Position numbers and translations under genes: made by a program. From Macrostomum hystrix (Eukaryota; Animalia; Platyhelminthes): a DNA stretch of 64,000 nucleotides. The DNA is taken from the NCBI GenBank assembly GCA_950097015.1, contig CATNEN010000001.1, positions 14,012,001 through 14,076,000 on the forward strand, written 5' to 3'. Position 1 is the first letter of the stretch. Every line of letters starts with the position of its first letter. Below the pieces are notes generated by a model, which worked only from the letters and a program-made list of their open reading frames with translations, had not been told where the DNA came from and searched no databases. This document shows, piece by piece, positions 11,449 through 24,850 of this stretch.

Positions 11449-14400
11449 TCTTCTGCTCGGGCTCTCCTATGCCGCCCTAATGAGCACGGGGGGGGGAAGG
11501 CGTTACAGAGGCGGAGAAGAGAAGAGAAGATGAGACCGAAGGGAGAGGACTTTGAGATGACTTTGCGTGCTCATTCGGAGACTCAGCTCAGCTCAGCTTA
11601 CTTCTATTCCGTTGAGCAGTTCGCTCAGCTAAGTATGCCGAATATAAATATATATATTCAATTCCCACTGCTCAGCTCAGCCAAACCCTTACTATTTATA
11701 GATATTTGTGTGCCAGGCGCCAGTGGATTGACAACTTCTCCTCAAACTCACTCACCGATCTCTCACTATACTTGCAATCATATTCAGCTAGCTAAGGACA
11801 CGCTTGTAACAGTGCCTGGCACTGATTTATTGGCTCAGGAAATCTCAGCTAGTTCTTTGGCATGGAGCTAAAACACTCTGACCTACACTGTCTGCTTATC
11901 CACCCTACCCTGTCTGCTTATCCACCCTACCCTGTCTGCTTATCCACCCTACCCTGTCTGCTTATCCACCCTACCATGTCTGCTTATCCACCCTACCCTG
12001 TCTGCTTATCCACCCTACCCTGTCTGCTTATCCACCCTACCCTGTCTGCTTATCCACCCTACCCTGTCTGATTATCCCCTCTACCCTGTCTGCTTATCTA
12101 CACTACCCTGTCTGCTTATCCACCCTACCCTGTATCCTTATCCACCCTACCCTGTCTCCTTATCCACCCTACCCTGTCTGCTTATCCACCCTACCCTGTC
12201 TGCTTATCCACCCTACCCTGTCTGCTTATCTACACTACCCTGTCTGCTTATCCACCCTACCCTGTCTGCTTATCCACCCTACCCTGTCTGCTTATCCACC
12301 CTACCCTGTCTGCTTATCCACCCTACCCTGTCTGCTTATCTACACTACCCTGTCTGCTTATCCACCCTACCCTGTCTCCTTATCCACCCTACCCTGTCTG
12401 CTTATCCACCCTACCCTGTCTGCTTATCTACACTACCCTGCCTTATCATCACACCCTACCCTGCCTTATCACCACACCCTACCCTGCCTTATCACCACAC
12501 CCTACCCTGCCTTATCATCACACCCTACCCTGCCTTATCACCACACCCTACCCTGCCTTATCACCACACCCTACCCTGCCTTATCATCACACCCTACCCT
12601 GCCTTATCACCACACCCTACCCTGCCTTATCACCACACCCTACCCTGCCTTATCATCACACCCTATCCTGCCTTATCATCACACCCTATCCTGATTTCAA
12701 CTACCCTGATCCTGCTAACCCAACACCGTATTCCCCTGATGCATTGGCACAGCTTCTGAACAACTCCCATAGTTCATCCTCACTCTACTCATCCCGGCCC
12801 TACTATGCTCCAAAGCCCCTGATTTGCCTTCGCAGAGTTGTGCTAATTTAAGCTTTCTCAACAAGGTTTCTCTTACCCAAGCCAAGAACTCAGTATTCCT
12901 TCATCTTGAGCCCAGCAATTTCTTCTGATATGATTAGACCTTAGGCTAGCGACCCACACGGCCGCTGCACTGCCACACAAACTATATTCCTCAATCAGTC
13001 TATGCCTCATTTTGTAGGCGTGCACTATATCTATTCAGATGGCTGTCATTTATTTGTATCATTCCGCTGCTGTGAGGCTGAACAGATGAGACCGGAGGAT
13101 TTCAAAGAAATTTTCGACTCAAAATAACTGCTTTGAAATAGTAAGGCTTGATTAACTGAATGATTAACTTTGAGCACTCTTAGTCTGCTTTCTCCTAACT
13201 ATTCATGGACACTCTCAACCTACTTCTCTTATCTACTTTCTCACTCTCAATCTACTTCTCTTATCTACTTTCTCACTGTCAATCTACTTCTCTTATCTAC
13301 TTTCTCACTCTCTCAACCTACTTCTCTTATCTACTTTCTCACTGTCAATCTACTTCTCTTATCTACTTTCTCACTCTCTCAAACTACTTCTCTTATCTAC
13401 TTTCTCACTCTCTCAACCTACTTCTCTTATCTACTTTCTCACTCTCTCAACCTACTTCTCTTATCTACTTTCTCACACTCGATCTACCCTGATCTACCCT
13501 ATCAGAAGTCGAAGCTTCTTATCTTTTAGTTCAATAGTAATTATTTTTTCTTCACCTACAAATGTACTTGTCAGCTATAATACGCCCAAATCAGCCGTGT
13601 GCAACGCAGTCAGTTTTTAATCTATTTGTAAAATCCCCTAAAATTGCGACCAAAAGCGACTGACACATTTTAATATTATTCTTCCCAAAATAGGAGCTAA
13701 ATTCCAGGAAGTGGCTCGCGATTTGACAAGAACGGGAATTCGGGACGGGTGAAAGTCTTAACTTTAAACTGGGCTTATCACATGTTCAACAGCAAAGCTA
13801 AAATAGTTCGAAAAACGATAGAAAACTTTCTATTTCAAGAAAGGACTAGAAAATAATTATTGACTTATCTTAAAAAATCCACATAATTCCCTAAAAATTA
13901 CAACGCTTTCAAGTTAAGACTTACCCTCCAAACGCATCTCCTAATTAGGTCATTCGAATATAATCTATTAGTATCGATCAGTATAGATTTTTATCTATTA
14001 GATTAGATCATTATCGATCCATATCGATCAGTATAGATAATTATCGATCAGTATCGATCCGTATAGACGATTATCGATCAGTATCGATCTGTATAGATCA
14101 TTATCGATTAGTATCGATCCGTATAGACCATTATCGATCAGTATCGATCTGTATATATCATTATCGATCAGTATCGATCCGTATAGACCATTATCGATCA
14201 GTATCGATCTGCATAGATCATTATAGATTAGTATCGATCCTAAGTGATCATTATAGATCATTATCGATCCGTATAGTTCATTATCGATCCTAAGTGATCA
14301 TTATTGATCATTATCGATCCGTATACTCGTAGATCAATATCGATCAGTATCGATCAGCATAGATAATTATCGATCAGTATCGATCAGCATAGATAATTAT

Positions 14401-14974
14401 CGATCAGTATCGATCCGTATAGATAATTATCGATCAGTATCGATCCGTATAGATAATTATCGAACTTTATAGATAATTATCGATCAGTATAGATCCATAG
14501 TGATCATTATCGATCGTTATCGATCAGAATCTATCATCATCCATTCTCTAGTCCTTGTATCGGTCATAATAAATTCTTTTAACCCTGTTTATGTCTCAAA
14601 CAGTTATCCGGTAGTTCTAATTAGTGAAAAAGCCCTTACAAATTTCCTGTGACCATCGGATCTTCATCAGTAATACCACTATCAAGTCTCACCTTTGTCG
14701 CTAGGCTGATGTGGTCTGCCGCTCCGAGCTCCGTTGCTATGGGCCATCTAGCTTATATTTTTTGTCTCGATGGGTCTTCTTTAACACGGCTGCCCAATTT
14801 TTAATAGTTTCAACTTGAACGGAAGTTTTGAAAGTTGCTCTATGCGCTTAGTAACTATGGTATCCAGTTTGGGGAGTGCAGATCAAGGAATCTTTGATTT
14901 GGGAAAATTCTCAACTTTTTAATAATTTCTAGTCAGTCTGGATTTTGCTTTTAGGGGCTTCTTTAGATAAGTAC

Positions 14975-15021
<47 letters not shown>

Positions 15022-18000
15022 ACGCTGCTGCTTGCTTTAGGGAGAATGAGCAAAGGGAAGGCCTAAAGTCCCAACAGCCAATCAGCTTCGACTAGACAGT
15101 ACTCAGCTCTGCTGGTCTGCGATTCAGCCACCCCACCAGCCAGCAACTAAGGAGGCGGCAACCAACCAGAAACAGTTTGTCTTAGTTGGCAACCAGCCCT
15201 GTCTGGCACTGTGTTTGCCTGTCTCCGCTCCGTGCGAGCTCTGCATCGTGGCCTCAACTTTTACTCATATGACTGCATATGCCGACCTAAAACGTTTTAG
15301 CTTCTTCGCATTCTCTCCCCTCTGCCCTTCGCCTCCTCCATTCCTCCACTTCTCTCCTCATCTCTCTCCTTATCTCTCTCCTCATCCGTCTCCTCATCTG
15401 TCTCCTCATCTCTCTCCTCCTCTCTCTTCTCATCTGTCTCCTCATGTCTCTCCTCCTCTCTCTCCTCATCCGTCTCCTCATCTGTCTCCTCATCTCTCTC
15501 CTCCTCTCTCTTCTCATCTGTCTCCTCATGTCTCTCCTCCTCTCTCTCCTCCTCTCTCTTCTCATCTGTCTCCTAATCTCTCTCCTCCTCTCTCTTCTCA
15601 TCTGTCTCCTCATGTCCCTCCTCCTCTCTCCTCCTCATCTATCTCCTCATGTCTCTCCTCCTCTCTCCTCCTCATCTGTCTCCTCATGTCTCTCCTCCTC
15701 TCTCCTCCTCATCTATCTCCTCATGTCTCTCCTCTTCTCTCTCCTTATCTCTCTCCTAATCCCTCTCCTCATGTCTCTCCTCCTCTCTCTCCTCCTCTCT
15801 CTTCTCATCTGTCTCCTCATGTCCCTCCTCCTCTCTCCTCCTCATCTATCTCCTCATGTCTCTCCTCCTCTCTCCTCCTCATCTGTCTCCTCATGTCTCT
15901 CCTCCTCTCTCCTCCTCATCTATCTCCTCATGTCTCTCCTCTTCTCTCTCCTCCTCTCTCTCCTCATCTCTCTTCTCATCTGTCTCCTCATCTCTCTCCT
16001 CATCTCTCTCTTCATCTGTCTCCTCATCTGTCTCCTCATGTCTCTCCTCAACTCTCTCCTCCCTTCCTCCATTGAAGAGATTTACATATCTTCAGTCTGA
16101 GAGGGCATGTCAGCCGTCAATGCTTTGTTAAATAAGCAGTTTTATCAAAGTCAAATTAGCTTGCTCGGCTAGCCAAGGATTAACTGTAACTAGACAGAAA
16201 AAAGAAAAGCATTGCCCAATTAAATCCAACTGGCTGGCCTATCAGACAGAGAGGATCAAATAGAATTTTCAAAGGCCAGCAACAGTAGCAGCTAAACATA
16301 GGAAAGCAAGAAGATCAATAATAGTTTGATGGCCGAGAGCGAAAAAGATGGGAGTTATTTTTGTTGACTCTAAAATTAACCTGGAACTTTGGGAGAAGAG
16401 AGAGACAAAGCAGAGGGTTAGAGAAGGAGAGAGAAATGAGTAGATGAGGTAGGAGTAAGGGGAGAGTAAGGGGGGAGAGTGGGCGGAGCGGTCTAACGCG
16501 TTTGCCTCTCGCATTAAGGTCCCTGAGCTCGATTCCGCGGCGAGGCCACATTCATTTGGGGCGCAGCAGCGGAGAGAAGGCTTGGAGGCTTGTCGTGCAA
16601 TTTACGCCCTTGAGGGCCCTTGAGGGTGAGAATAAGGGTTAGAGTAAGGGGAGAGTGAGGGGAGAGTAAGGGGTAGATGAAGAGGTAGATTAAGGGGTAG
16701 ATTAAAGGGTAGAGTAAGGGGGAGAGCAAGGGGTAGATTAAGGGGGTAGAGTAAAGGGGTAGATTAAGGGGGAGAGTAAGGGGTAGAGTAAAGGGGTAGA
16801 GTAAGGGGGAGAGTCAGGGGGAGAGTAAGGGGGTAGAGTAATGGGGTAGAGTAAGGGGGAGAGTCAGAGGGAGAGTAAGGGGGTAGATTAAGGGGGAGAG
16901 TAAGGGGGAGAGTAAGGGGGTAGAGTAAGGGGGTAGAGTAAGGGGGAGAGTCAGGGGGAGAGTCAGGGGTAGAACCGGAGGGGAGTGAGGCAGTACTTCA
17001 TGGATCAGTGATAAGGCAGAGGAGCAGTTTGGGAGAGGCGCATCGGGAGGGTGGCTGATAGTCGCGGAAGGCAACGCTGGGTTAGTGGTGAAGAGTGGTG
17101 AATTTAGGAGGAATCACGGTACGTATACACAAACTCACACTCACACTCACTCACGCACACACACACAATGCAAGGGCCAAAGGCTGTAAGCATCGGCTCA
17201 GTTCTGCATGAAATTCGAGAAACTTTCGTCAGCTAGTATAAAAAACCTAGACAGAGAGAAGTATTGTAACCCGACACACTGCCGCCTGAGTCGATCTTGT
17301 CGAGAGCGGAAGAGCGGAGGGACAGAGTATATACAACATCGAAGGAAAGGAGCGGATCAAATATGACTGGAGGTGGGATCTGCTGTCTGTTCAAACAATC
17401 TCTTTTTAGGGAAAATTATTGCTTTCCTTTCATCTTCCCATCTGCATCCGGCTGTTTTTAGTGTTTTACGAACAAAAATACGATTCAATAGTTTGATAAT
17501 TTGAATCCAGCTTGTAAAGGGGAGTCTAGCTTCCACTTTCTTCATACTCACATCGCATCATGCTGCTTGAAAAGTAGTTGTCGTCACCGTTCTAAAATGA
17601 GAAGGGCAGTTAAAAACTCTAAAATATATAGGCGCACACTATACTTTCTACTTATTGACCAGAATGAGTAGGCTAATTCGGACATGACAACCTAAATTTG
17701 GGTGAAAATTTATTAGAAAAAAATGTTAATTTTCAATGTCTCACCGCGGCCGAGGCATTGTTGTGACTGCCATTGTTGGCAACGCTGTGATGGGAAGTCT
17801 GAAATGAAAACAATAAAATGTCATTTATTTAGGGAGATGCTTGAAATGTATTGTTAAAATTAGGAGACAAGCAACACAGCAACTATGACTGAACACATTT
17901 AGGCTCTCAATGCCAACGTAAAGCACAAAAAATCTAAATATAGAACACATTAAATTGGCCTCCTTAAGTAAAGAAAGGGCAATCGATAATGTGCAGATCC

Positions 18001-20908
18001 TCGCTTAGAAAAAACGTTATGCGATGTACTTTTAAAACTAGCAGCGGTCAAATAGGAATCGATAAAGTGAAACAACGGGATAACAAATCAGGAGTCATAA
18101 GGACAAAAAGAACATACAGTCATAGAAACGGTCATAAAGAGTCATAGAATCGGTCATAAAAAAGTCATAGAATCGGTCATAAAGAGTCATAGAATCCGTG
18201 AACCAGTCAAAAATAGTCATAGAATCGTTCATAAAGAGTCATAAAAATGGGTCATAATGAGTCATATAATCGGTCAAAAATAGTCATAGAATCGTTCATA
18301 AAGAGTCATAAAAATGGGTCATAATGAGTCATATAATCGGTCATAAATAGTCATAGAAACGGTCAAAAAGAGTCATAGAATCGGTCATGAATAGTGATAG
18401 AATAGTCATAAAGAGTCATAGAATCGGTCATGAAGAGTCATAAAGAGTCATAGAATCGGTCATGAATAGTGATAGAATAGTCATAAATTCATAGAATCGG
18501 TCAAAAAGAGTCATAGAATCGTTCATAAAGAGTCATAAAAATGGGTCATAATGAGTCATATAATCGGTCATAAATAGTCATAGAAACGGTCAAAAAGAGT
18601 CATAGAATCGGTCATGAATAGTGATAGAATAGTCATAAAGAGTCATAGAATCGGTCATGAAGAGTCATAGAATCGGTCATGAAGAGTCATAAAGAGTCAT
18701 AGAATCGGTCATGAATAGTGATAGAATAGTCATAAATTCATAGAATCGGTCAAAAAGAGTCATAGAATCGGTCATACATTTTTTTGACTATCGAACGAGT
18801 CCTTGACTATTGACTAGTTTGACAAGTTTTTGACTATTGAACAACATATATCAATTCAGTACTATTATGAGCAATAGTCCAGGTTCTAGACTCATCGAAT
18901 GCAGCCTGTCACAGCAGGTCGTCCTATTTTTAACTTTATCAGCCTTAATCCTCATGCGAGTGTCTTGCTGTTTCTCGGAACAGGGTTAGAACTGGACAAG
19001 AAAGTCAGAATATAAACCGACAAAGATTAGCCGAACACAAAGATTCAGCAGCTCAATTTTGAGTCTGAGTTCTGTTTGCTAAAAATGCTAAAAATAGAAA
19101 GGGAACATTAAAGGAAAAGTGTGCGTCACTGACTCGTGGGTCTGTGATTTACTGCCACTTTTATTTGCGCCATTTAGTGCAGACTAATTCTGGCAAGCTA
19201 AAAGATACTTGCATTATCCCTTAGCTCCTGCTTTTGCAAAAGGAGACACACTCAACTCTGTCACTCTCACACACACTATCACTCTCACATTTCTCTGTCG
19301 CTCTCACCATTTCTCTGTCACTCTCACCATTTCTCTGTCACTCTCACATTTCTCTGTCGCTCTCACCATTTCTCTGTCACTCTCACATTTCTCTGTCGCT
19401 CTCACCATTTCTCTGTCACTCTCACCATTTCTCTGTCACTCTCACCATTTCTCTGTCACTCTCACCATTTCTCTGTCACTCTCACATTTCTCTGTCGCTC
19501 TCACCATTTCTCTGTCACTCTCACATTTCTCTGTCGCTCTCACCATTTCTCTGTCACTCTCACCATTTCTCTGTCACTCTCACCATTTCTCTGTCACTCT
19601 CACATTTCTCTGTCGCTCTCACCATTTCTCTGTCACTCTCACATTTCTCTGTCGCTCTCACCATTTCTCTGTCACTCTCACCATTTCTCTGTCACTCTCA
19701 CATTTCTCTGTCACTCTCACCATTTCTCTGTCACTCTCACATTTCTCTGTCGCTCTCACCATTTCTCTGTCACTCTCACATTTCTCTGTCGCTCTCACCA
19801 TTTCTCTGTCACTCTCACCATTTCTCTGTCACTCTCACATTTCTCTGTCACTCTCACCATTTCTCTGTCACTCTCACATTTCTCTGTCACTCACATTTCT
19901 CTGTCACTCTCACCATTTCTCTGTCACTCTAACCATTTCTCTGTCACTCTCACCATCTCTCTGTCACTCTCACATCTCTCTGTCACTCTAACCATTTCTC
20001 TGTCACTCTAACCATTTCTCTGTCACTCTCACCATTTCTCTGTCACTCTCACATCTCTCTGTCACTCTCACATTTCTCTGTCACTCTCACCATTTCTCTG
20101 TCACTCTCACCATTTCTCTGTCACTCTCACATCTCTCTGTCACTCTAACCATTCCTCTGTCACTCTAACCATTTCTCTGTCACTCTAACCATTTCTCTGT
20201 CACTCTAACCATTTCTCTGTCACTCTCACCATTTCTCTGTCACTCTCACATCTCTCTGTCACTCTCACATTTCTCTGTCACTCTCACCATTTCTCTGTCA
20301 CTCTCACCATTTCTCTGTCACTCTCACATCTCTCTGTCACTCTAACCATTCCTCTGTCACTCTAACCATTTCTCTGTCACTCTAACCATTTCTCTGTCAC
20401 TCTAACCATTTCTCTGTCACTCTCACATTTCTCTGTCACTCTCACATCTCTCTGTCACTCTCACCCTTTCTCTGTCACTCTAACCATTTCTCTGTCACTC
20501 TCACATTTCTCTGTCACTCTCACATTTCTCTGTCACTCTCACATTTCTCTGTCACTCTCACATTTCTCTGTCACTCAGATTTCTCTGTCACTCTCACCAT
20601 ACTCTATTTGCCACTATATAACTATGTTAAGTTTTTTACAATACACGCTAAAATGAATACAGAATGCTCACCCTGTGACTAGAAGCAGAACCGGAAGCGG
20701 CAGCAGCAGCAGCAGGTGCGGCGGCAGCGCCGGAGCTTCTCACACCGTAAGCCTCATAATTTGAAGAGTTCGAGCTGCTCACCCCTGAGGAGGTGGAGGC
20801 AGAGCCAGCCGACTGCTGCTGTTGCTGGCGCAGACGCTGCCCCGCTGACGATGCCGAAGCAGAAGACCTGGCCCCGTAAGCTGCCTGTCCGTGACTTGGC
20901 TTGCTCAT
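11449..20908 (-). CDS. Probable N-terminal extension exons of the calmodulin-like gene (Ser/Ala/Gln-rich)
   Basis: 20908-20672 (ATG preceded by in-frame TGA; MSKPSHG...SSHR|GTGAG, phase 0); 17798-17745 (TTTTCATTTCAG|TSHHSVANNGSHNNASAA|GTGAG, phase 0-0); 11476-11449 (TTAG|GGIGEPEQK+A|GTAAGT, phase 0-1). These join in frame to give ...GGIGEPEQKTLQEAFNFFD. Confidence 0.6.
11888..12692. repeat. Compound minisatellite: 22 bp TGTCTGCTTATCCACCCTACCC changing at ~12435 to 23 bp CCCTGCCTTATCACCACACCCTA
   Basis: Two related adjacent tandem arrays. Confidence 0.95.
13212..13476. repeat. Minisatellite, 32-34 bp unit CTACTTCTCTTATCTACTTTCTCACTCTCTCAAC
   Basis: About 8 tandem units. Confidence 0.9.
13970..14527. 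repeat. ATCGAT-rich minisatellite, 30 bp unit with 10 bp substructure
   Basis: TTATCGATCAGTATCGATCCGTATAGATCA and variants. Confidence 0.9.
14693..14747 (-). CDS. Candidate alternative first or mutually exclusive exon of the calmodulin-like gene
   Basis: TAG|ATG GCC CAT...GAC AAA G|GTGAG, 55 nt, MAHSNGARSGRPHQPSDK. Ends in phase 1, compatible with exon 8552. Confidence 0.45.
14976..15031. repeat. (GCT)n microsatellite
   Basis: Trinucleotide run with one interruption. Confidence 0.95.
15349..16062. repeat. Pyrimidine-rich minisatellite, ~12 bp unit TCTCCTCATCTG-like
   Basis: Tandem array. Confidence 0.9.
16471..16625 (+). mobile_element. tRNA-derived SINE family A, 5' portion
   Basis: A-box-like GTGGGCGGAGCGG, B-box-like GCTCGATTCC, then a body matching the copy at 37152. 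Confidence 0.8.
16626..16970. repeat. G-rich minisatellite, ~12 bp unit GGGGGAGAGTAA / GGGGTAGAGTAA
   Basis: Tandem array with runs of 4-6 G. Confidence 0.9.
18093..18775. repeat. Minisatellite, ~22 bp unit AAAGAGTCATAGAATCGGTCAT
   Basis: Tandem array with a GTCAT sub-period. Confidence 0.9.
19283..20600. repeat. Minisatellite, 19-20 bp unit ATTTCTCTGTCACTCTCAC(C)
   Basis: Tandem array of about 1.3 kb. Confidence 0.95.
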
Positions 20909-21100
20909 GTTGGATCAGAACTGACGCAATGTTACAGGCGACGGTCTCTGATGAAGTCTGTGTTTTGTCAGTTAACTTAAAATAAATTTACATTGCCCCC
21001 CAGCTCATGGAATTGGTCAGTATGGATATTGCAGTCAGCTCCAGTTTGCTGATTGATCCAATTGGATTCTTGCAGCTGAAAGTGTGAAAATTAGGTGAGT

Positions 21101-22432
21101 GAAGTAGGGAGAGAAGTAGGGAGAGAAGTTGGGAGAGAAGCATGGAGAGAAGTAGGGAGAGAAGTAGGGAGAGAAGTAGGGAGAGAAGTAGGGAGAGAAG
21201 TAGGGAGAGAATTAGGGAGAGAAGTAGGGAGAGAAGTTGGGAGAGAAGCATGGAGAGAAGTAGGAGGAGAAGTAGGGAGAGAAGTAGGGAGAGAAGTAGG
21301 GAGAGAATTAGGGAGAGAAGTAGGGAGAGAAGTAGGGAGAGAAGTAGGGAGAGAAGTAGGGAGAGAAGTTGGGAGAGAAGCATGGAGAGAAGTAGGAGGA
21401 GAAGTAGGGAGAGAAGTAGGGAGAGAATTGGGGAGAGAAGTAGGGAGAGAATTAAGGAGAGAAGTAGGGAGAGAAGTAGGGAGCGAAGTAGGGAGAGAAT
21501 TGGGGAGAGAAGTAGGGAGAGAAGTTGGGAGAGAAGCATGGAGAGAAGTAGGGAGAGAAGTAGGGAGAGAAGTAGGGAGAGAAGTAGGGAGAGAAGTAGG
21601 GAGAGAATTAGGGAGAGAAGTAGGGAGAGAAGTAGGGAGAGAAGTTGGGAGAGAAGTAGGGAGAGAAGTAGGGAGAGAAGTAGGGAGAGAAGTAGGGAGA
21701 GAATTAGGGAGAGAAGTAGGGAGAGAAGTAGGGAGAGAAGTAGGGAGAGAAGTAGGGAGAGAAGCATGGAGAGAAGTAGGGAGAGAAGTAGGGAGAGAAG
21801 TAGGGAGAGAAGTAGGGAGAGAAGTAGGGAGAGAAGTAGGGAGAGAATTAGGGAGAGAAGTTGGGAGAGAAGTTGGGAGAGAAGCATGGAGAGAAGTAGG
21901 AGGAGAAGTAGGGAGAGAAGTAGGGAGAGAATTGGGGAGAGAAGTAGGGAGAGAATTAAGGAGAGAAGTAGGGAGAGAAGTAGGGAGCGAAGTAGGGAGA
22001 GAATTGGAGAGAGAAGTAGGGAGAGAAGTTGGGAGAGAAGCATGGAGAGAAGTAGGGAGAGAAGTAGGGAGAGAAGTAGGGAGAGAAGTAGGGAGAGAAT
22101 TGGGGAGAGAAGTAGGGAGAGAAGTTGGGAGAGAAGCATGGAGAGAAGTAGGGAGAGAAGTAGGGAGAGAAGTAGGGAGAGAAGTTGGGAGAGAAGTAGG
22201 GAGAGAAGTAGGGAGAGAAGTAGGGAGAGAAGTTGGGAGAGAAGCATGGAGAGAAGTAGGAGGAGAAGTAGGGAGAGAAGTAGGGAGAGAAGTAGGGAGA
22301 GAAGTAGGGAGAGAATTAGGGAGAGAAGTAGGGAGAGAAGTAGGGAGAGAAGCATGGAGAGAAGTAGGGAGAGAAGTAGGGAGAGAAGTAGGGAGAGAAG
22401 TAGGGAGAGAAGTAGGGAGAGAAGTAGGGAGA
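21101..22432. repeat. Minisatellite, 12 bp unit GAAGTAGGGAGA
   Basis: About 111 in-register units. Source of the spurious long ORFs here. Confidence 0.97.
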
Positions 22433-23118
22433 ATTAATCTGTTGACAAATCCAAGCGTCGGTGAGACGAGAAGAAATGGCGTGTGAGTAGGAGAGAAATA
22501 TGGTGTGGTATAAAGAACGACATGCAATTGAGGTTAGACAGAAATTTGTCAAAGAGGGGATTAGCAAGGTGAGTATTGATTGAGAAATGCCAAATTTGAT
22601 GTTAGGACAAGCCCAAGGACATAAGACAAGCGGGCGAAGGTGATAGATATCCATAATCATGAAATCCTAATTGACCTAGACAGCTCGGACAGGTGAATGT
22701 ACTCATTAACTGAAACCTTGAGCAGTCCGTCTGACAGTTGCGAGCTCTCTGTCTCTACACACAAAAAACTCAAAGTTGGCACAGCAACTATGCCTCACTC
22801 CACGCATAGTTGCCGCTAAAAATAGAACTAGCTACGCAAGTACTCCTATCATTATGGGCTCGACCATGACAGTCAAAATGATTAACGTCCCGTCTAGGAT
22901 TGAACAGAGAGCTAACATCACAGCTGAGTCACTGCTTTTAGGCATTGGATTTTTCATACTGTAGCACTCAAATAAAATACATAAAAGCCAACACTGCCTT
23001 AGCTAAATATGGCTTTTATGGATTAGCTATCTGCAAAAGGTGTTCTAGACAGTAAAAGGCTAGGTTTCAATAAACACTATATGGATCACCAAGCTCTTAA
23101 CTCACCGTCACCTATTCT

Positions 23119-24173
23119 ACCCTCACTTCCCTGTTCCCCTCACTTCCCCTGTTCCCCTCACTTCCCTGTTCCCCTCACTTCCACTGTTCCTCTCACTTCC
23201 ACTGTTCCCCTCACTTCCCCTGTTCCCCTCACTTCCCCTGCTCCCCTCAACTCACCTGTTCCCCTCACTTCCCCTGTTCCCCTCACTTCCCCTGTTCCCC
23301 TCACTTCCCTGTTCCCCTCACTTCCACTGTTCCTCTCACTTCCACTGTTCCCCTCACTTCCCCTGTTCCCCTCACTTCCCCTGCTCCCCTCAACTCACCT
23401 GTTCCCCTCACTTCCCCTGTTCCCCTCACTTCCCCTGTTCCCCTCACTTCCCCTGTTCCCCTCACTTCCCTGTTCCCCTCACTTCCACTGTTCCTCTCAC
23501 TTCCACTGTTCCTCTCACTTCCCCTGTTCCCCTCACCTCACCTGTTCCCCTCACTTCCCCTGTTCCCCTCACTTCCCCTGTTCCCCTCACTTCCCCTGTT
23601 CCCCTCACTTCCCCTGTTCCCCTCACCTCACCTGTTCCCCTCACCTCACCTGTTCCCCTCACTTCCCTGTTCCCCTCACTTCCCTGTTCCCCTCACCTCA
23701 CCTGTTCCCCTCACCTCACCTGTTCCCCTCACTTCCCTGTTCCCCTCACTTCCCTGTTCCCCTCAACTCCCCTGTTCCCCTCACTTCCCCTGTTCCCCTC
23801 ACTTCCCCTGTTCCCCTCACTTCCCCTGTTCCCCTCACTTCCCTGTTCCCCTCACTTCCACTGTTCCTCTCACTTCCACTGTTCCTCTCACTTCCCCTGT
23901 TCCCCTCACCTCACCTGTTCCCCTCACTTCCCCTGTTCCCCTCACTTCCCCTGTTCCCCTCACTTCCCCTGTTCCCCTCACTTCCCCTGTTCCCCTCACC
24001 TCACCTGTTCCCCTCACCTCACCTGTTCCCCTCACTTCCCTGTTCCCCTCACTTCCCTGTTCCCCTCAACTCCCCTGTTCCCCTCACTTCCCCTGTTCCC
24101 CTCACTTCCCCTGTTCCCCTCACTTCCCCTCACTTCGTCTGTTCCCCTCACCTCCCCTGTTCCCCTCACTTCC
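23119..24173. repeat. Minisatellite, 17-18 bp unit CCCTGTTCCCCTCACTT(C)
   Basis: Tandem array with a 373 bp higher-order duplication. Confidence 0.95.
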
Positions 24174-24850
24174 CATTTTCCCTCACCCTTCACCTTGTCA
24201 CCTTTGCTGTCACCACTCCTCTTACCACAATGTCATTCTTCCCAAGTAAAGCAGATTAGGAAAGTTGCATATAGCAGTGCAGTACAATTTCGCGCAATAT
24301 AAAATCCAATTCAATAGCATGGCACCACATGAATCACAATGGACCCTTTTTGTTGTCACCCAATTAAATGGAAGAATTAATTTCCCCTAAAAGCTGTCCT
24401 TATTGTGTCTGAGACCATGAGTGTGAGTTCTGGCTATTTATACAGAGCTTTGACCTTACAGCTATTAAAACTTTGTTATAATTCTGCACTCGGATTTTAA
24501 CGTTAGATTCGGAAATCAATATGAAGCATGCCGATTCTCTCTAACCAAAAGTGCGCTGAACATTTGAAAGCAAGGGCAGAGTGCCACGTAAAGGTTTTTT
24601 ACAATTTTTAACAAGCTTAAAACTTTTGACAGTAGGAGAAGGAGAAGATTTTTCTTGGCAACTGCCGATTCTTCAGTGAAGTTGGGCAGACAATTAACCA
24701 GCGCTGTATTGGCAACATCCTGAAAGCTTAGAAAGCCAATCTTAGGCTTACCAGCTAAGAACTAACGATGACATTTGAGGACGAAGCATTTGGGTTAATT
24801 AACTAAGGATTGAGTTCAATAATTAGGCATGGCATTTTGGAATTCGGCAT

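Noticed and set aside
12877-12924. Additional 48 nt exon of the calmodulin-like gene
   Set aside because: Has AG/GT ends but contains stops in the two phases compatible with neighbouring exons.
20988-22527. Four ORFs of 430-480 aa (poly-LLS, PTSL, REVG, RERS)
   Set aside because: Stop-free frames of a 12 bp minisatellite. The same applies to the ORFs at 9.1-9.6, 15.2-16.1, 19.2-20.0, 23.1-24.3 and 62.7-63.5 kb.
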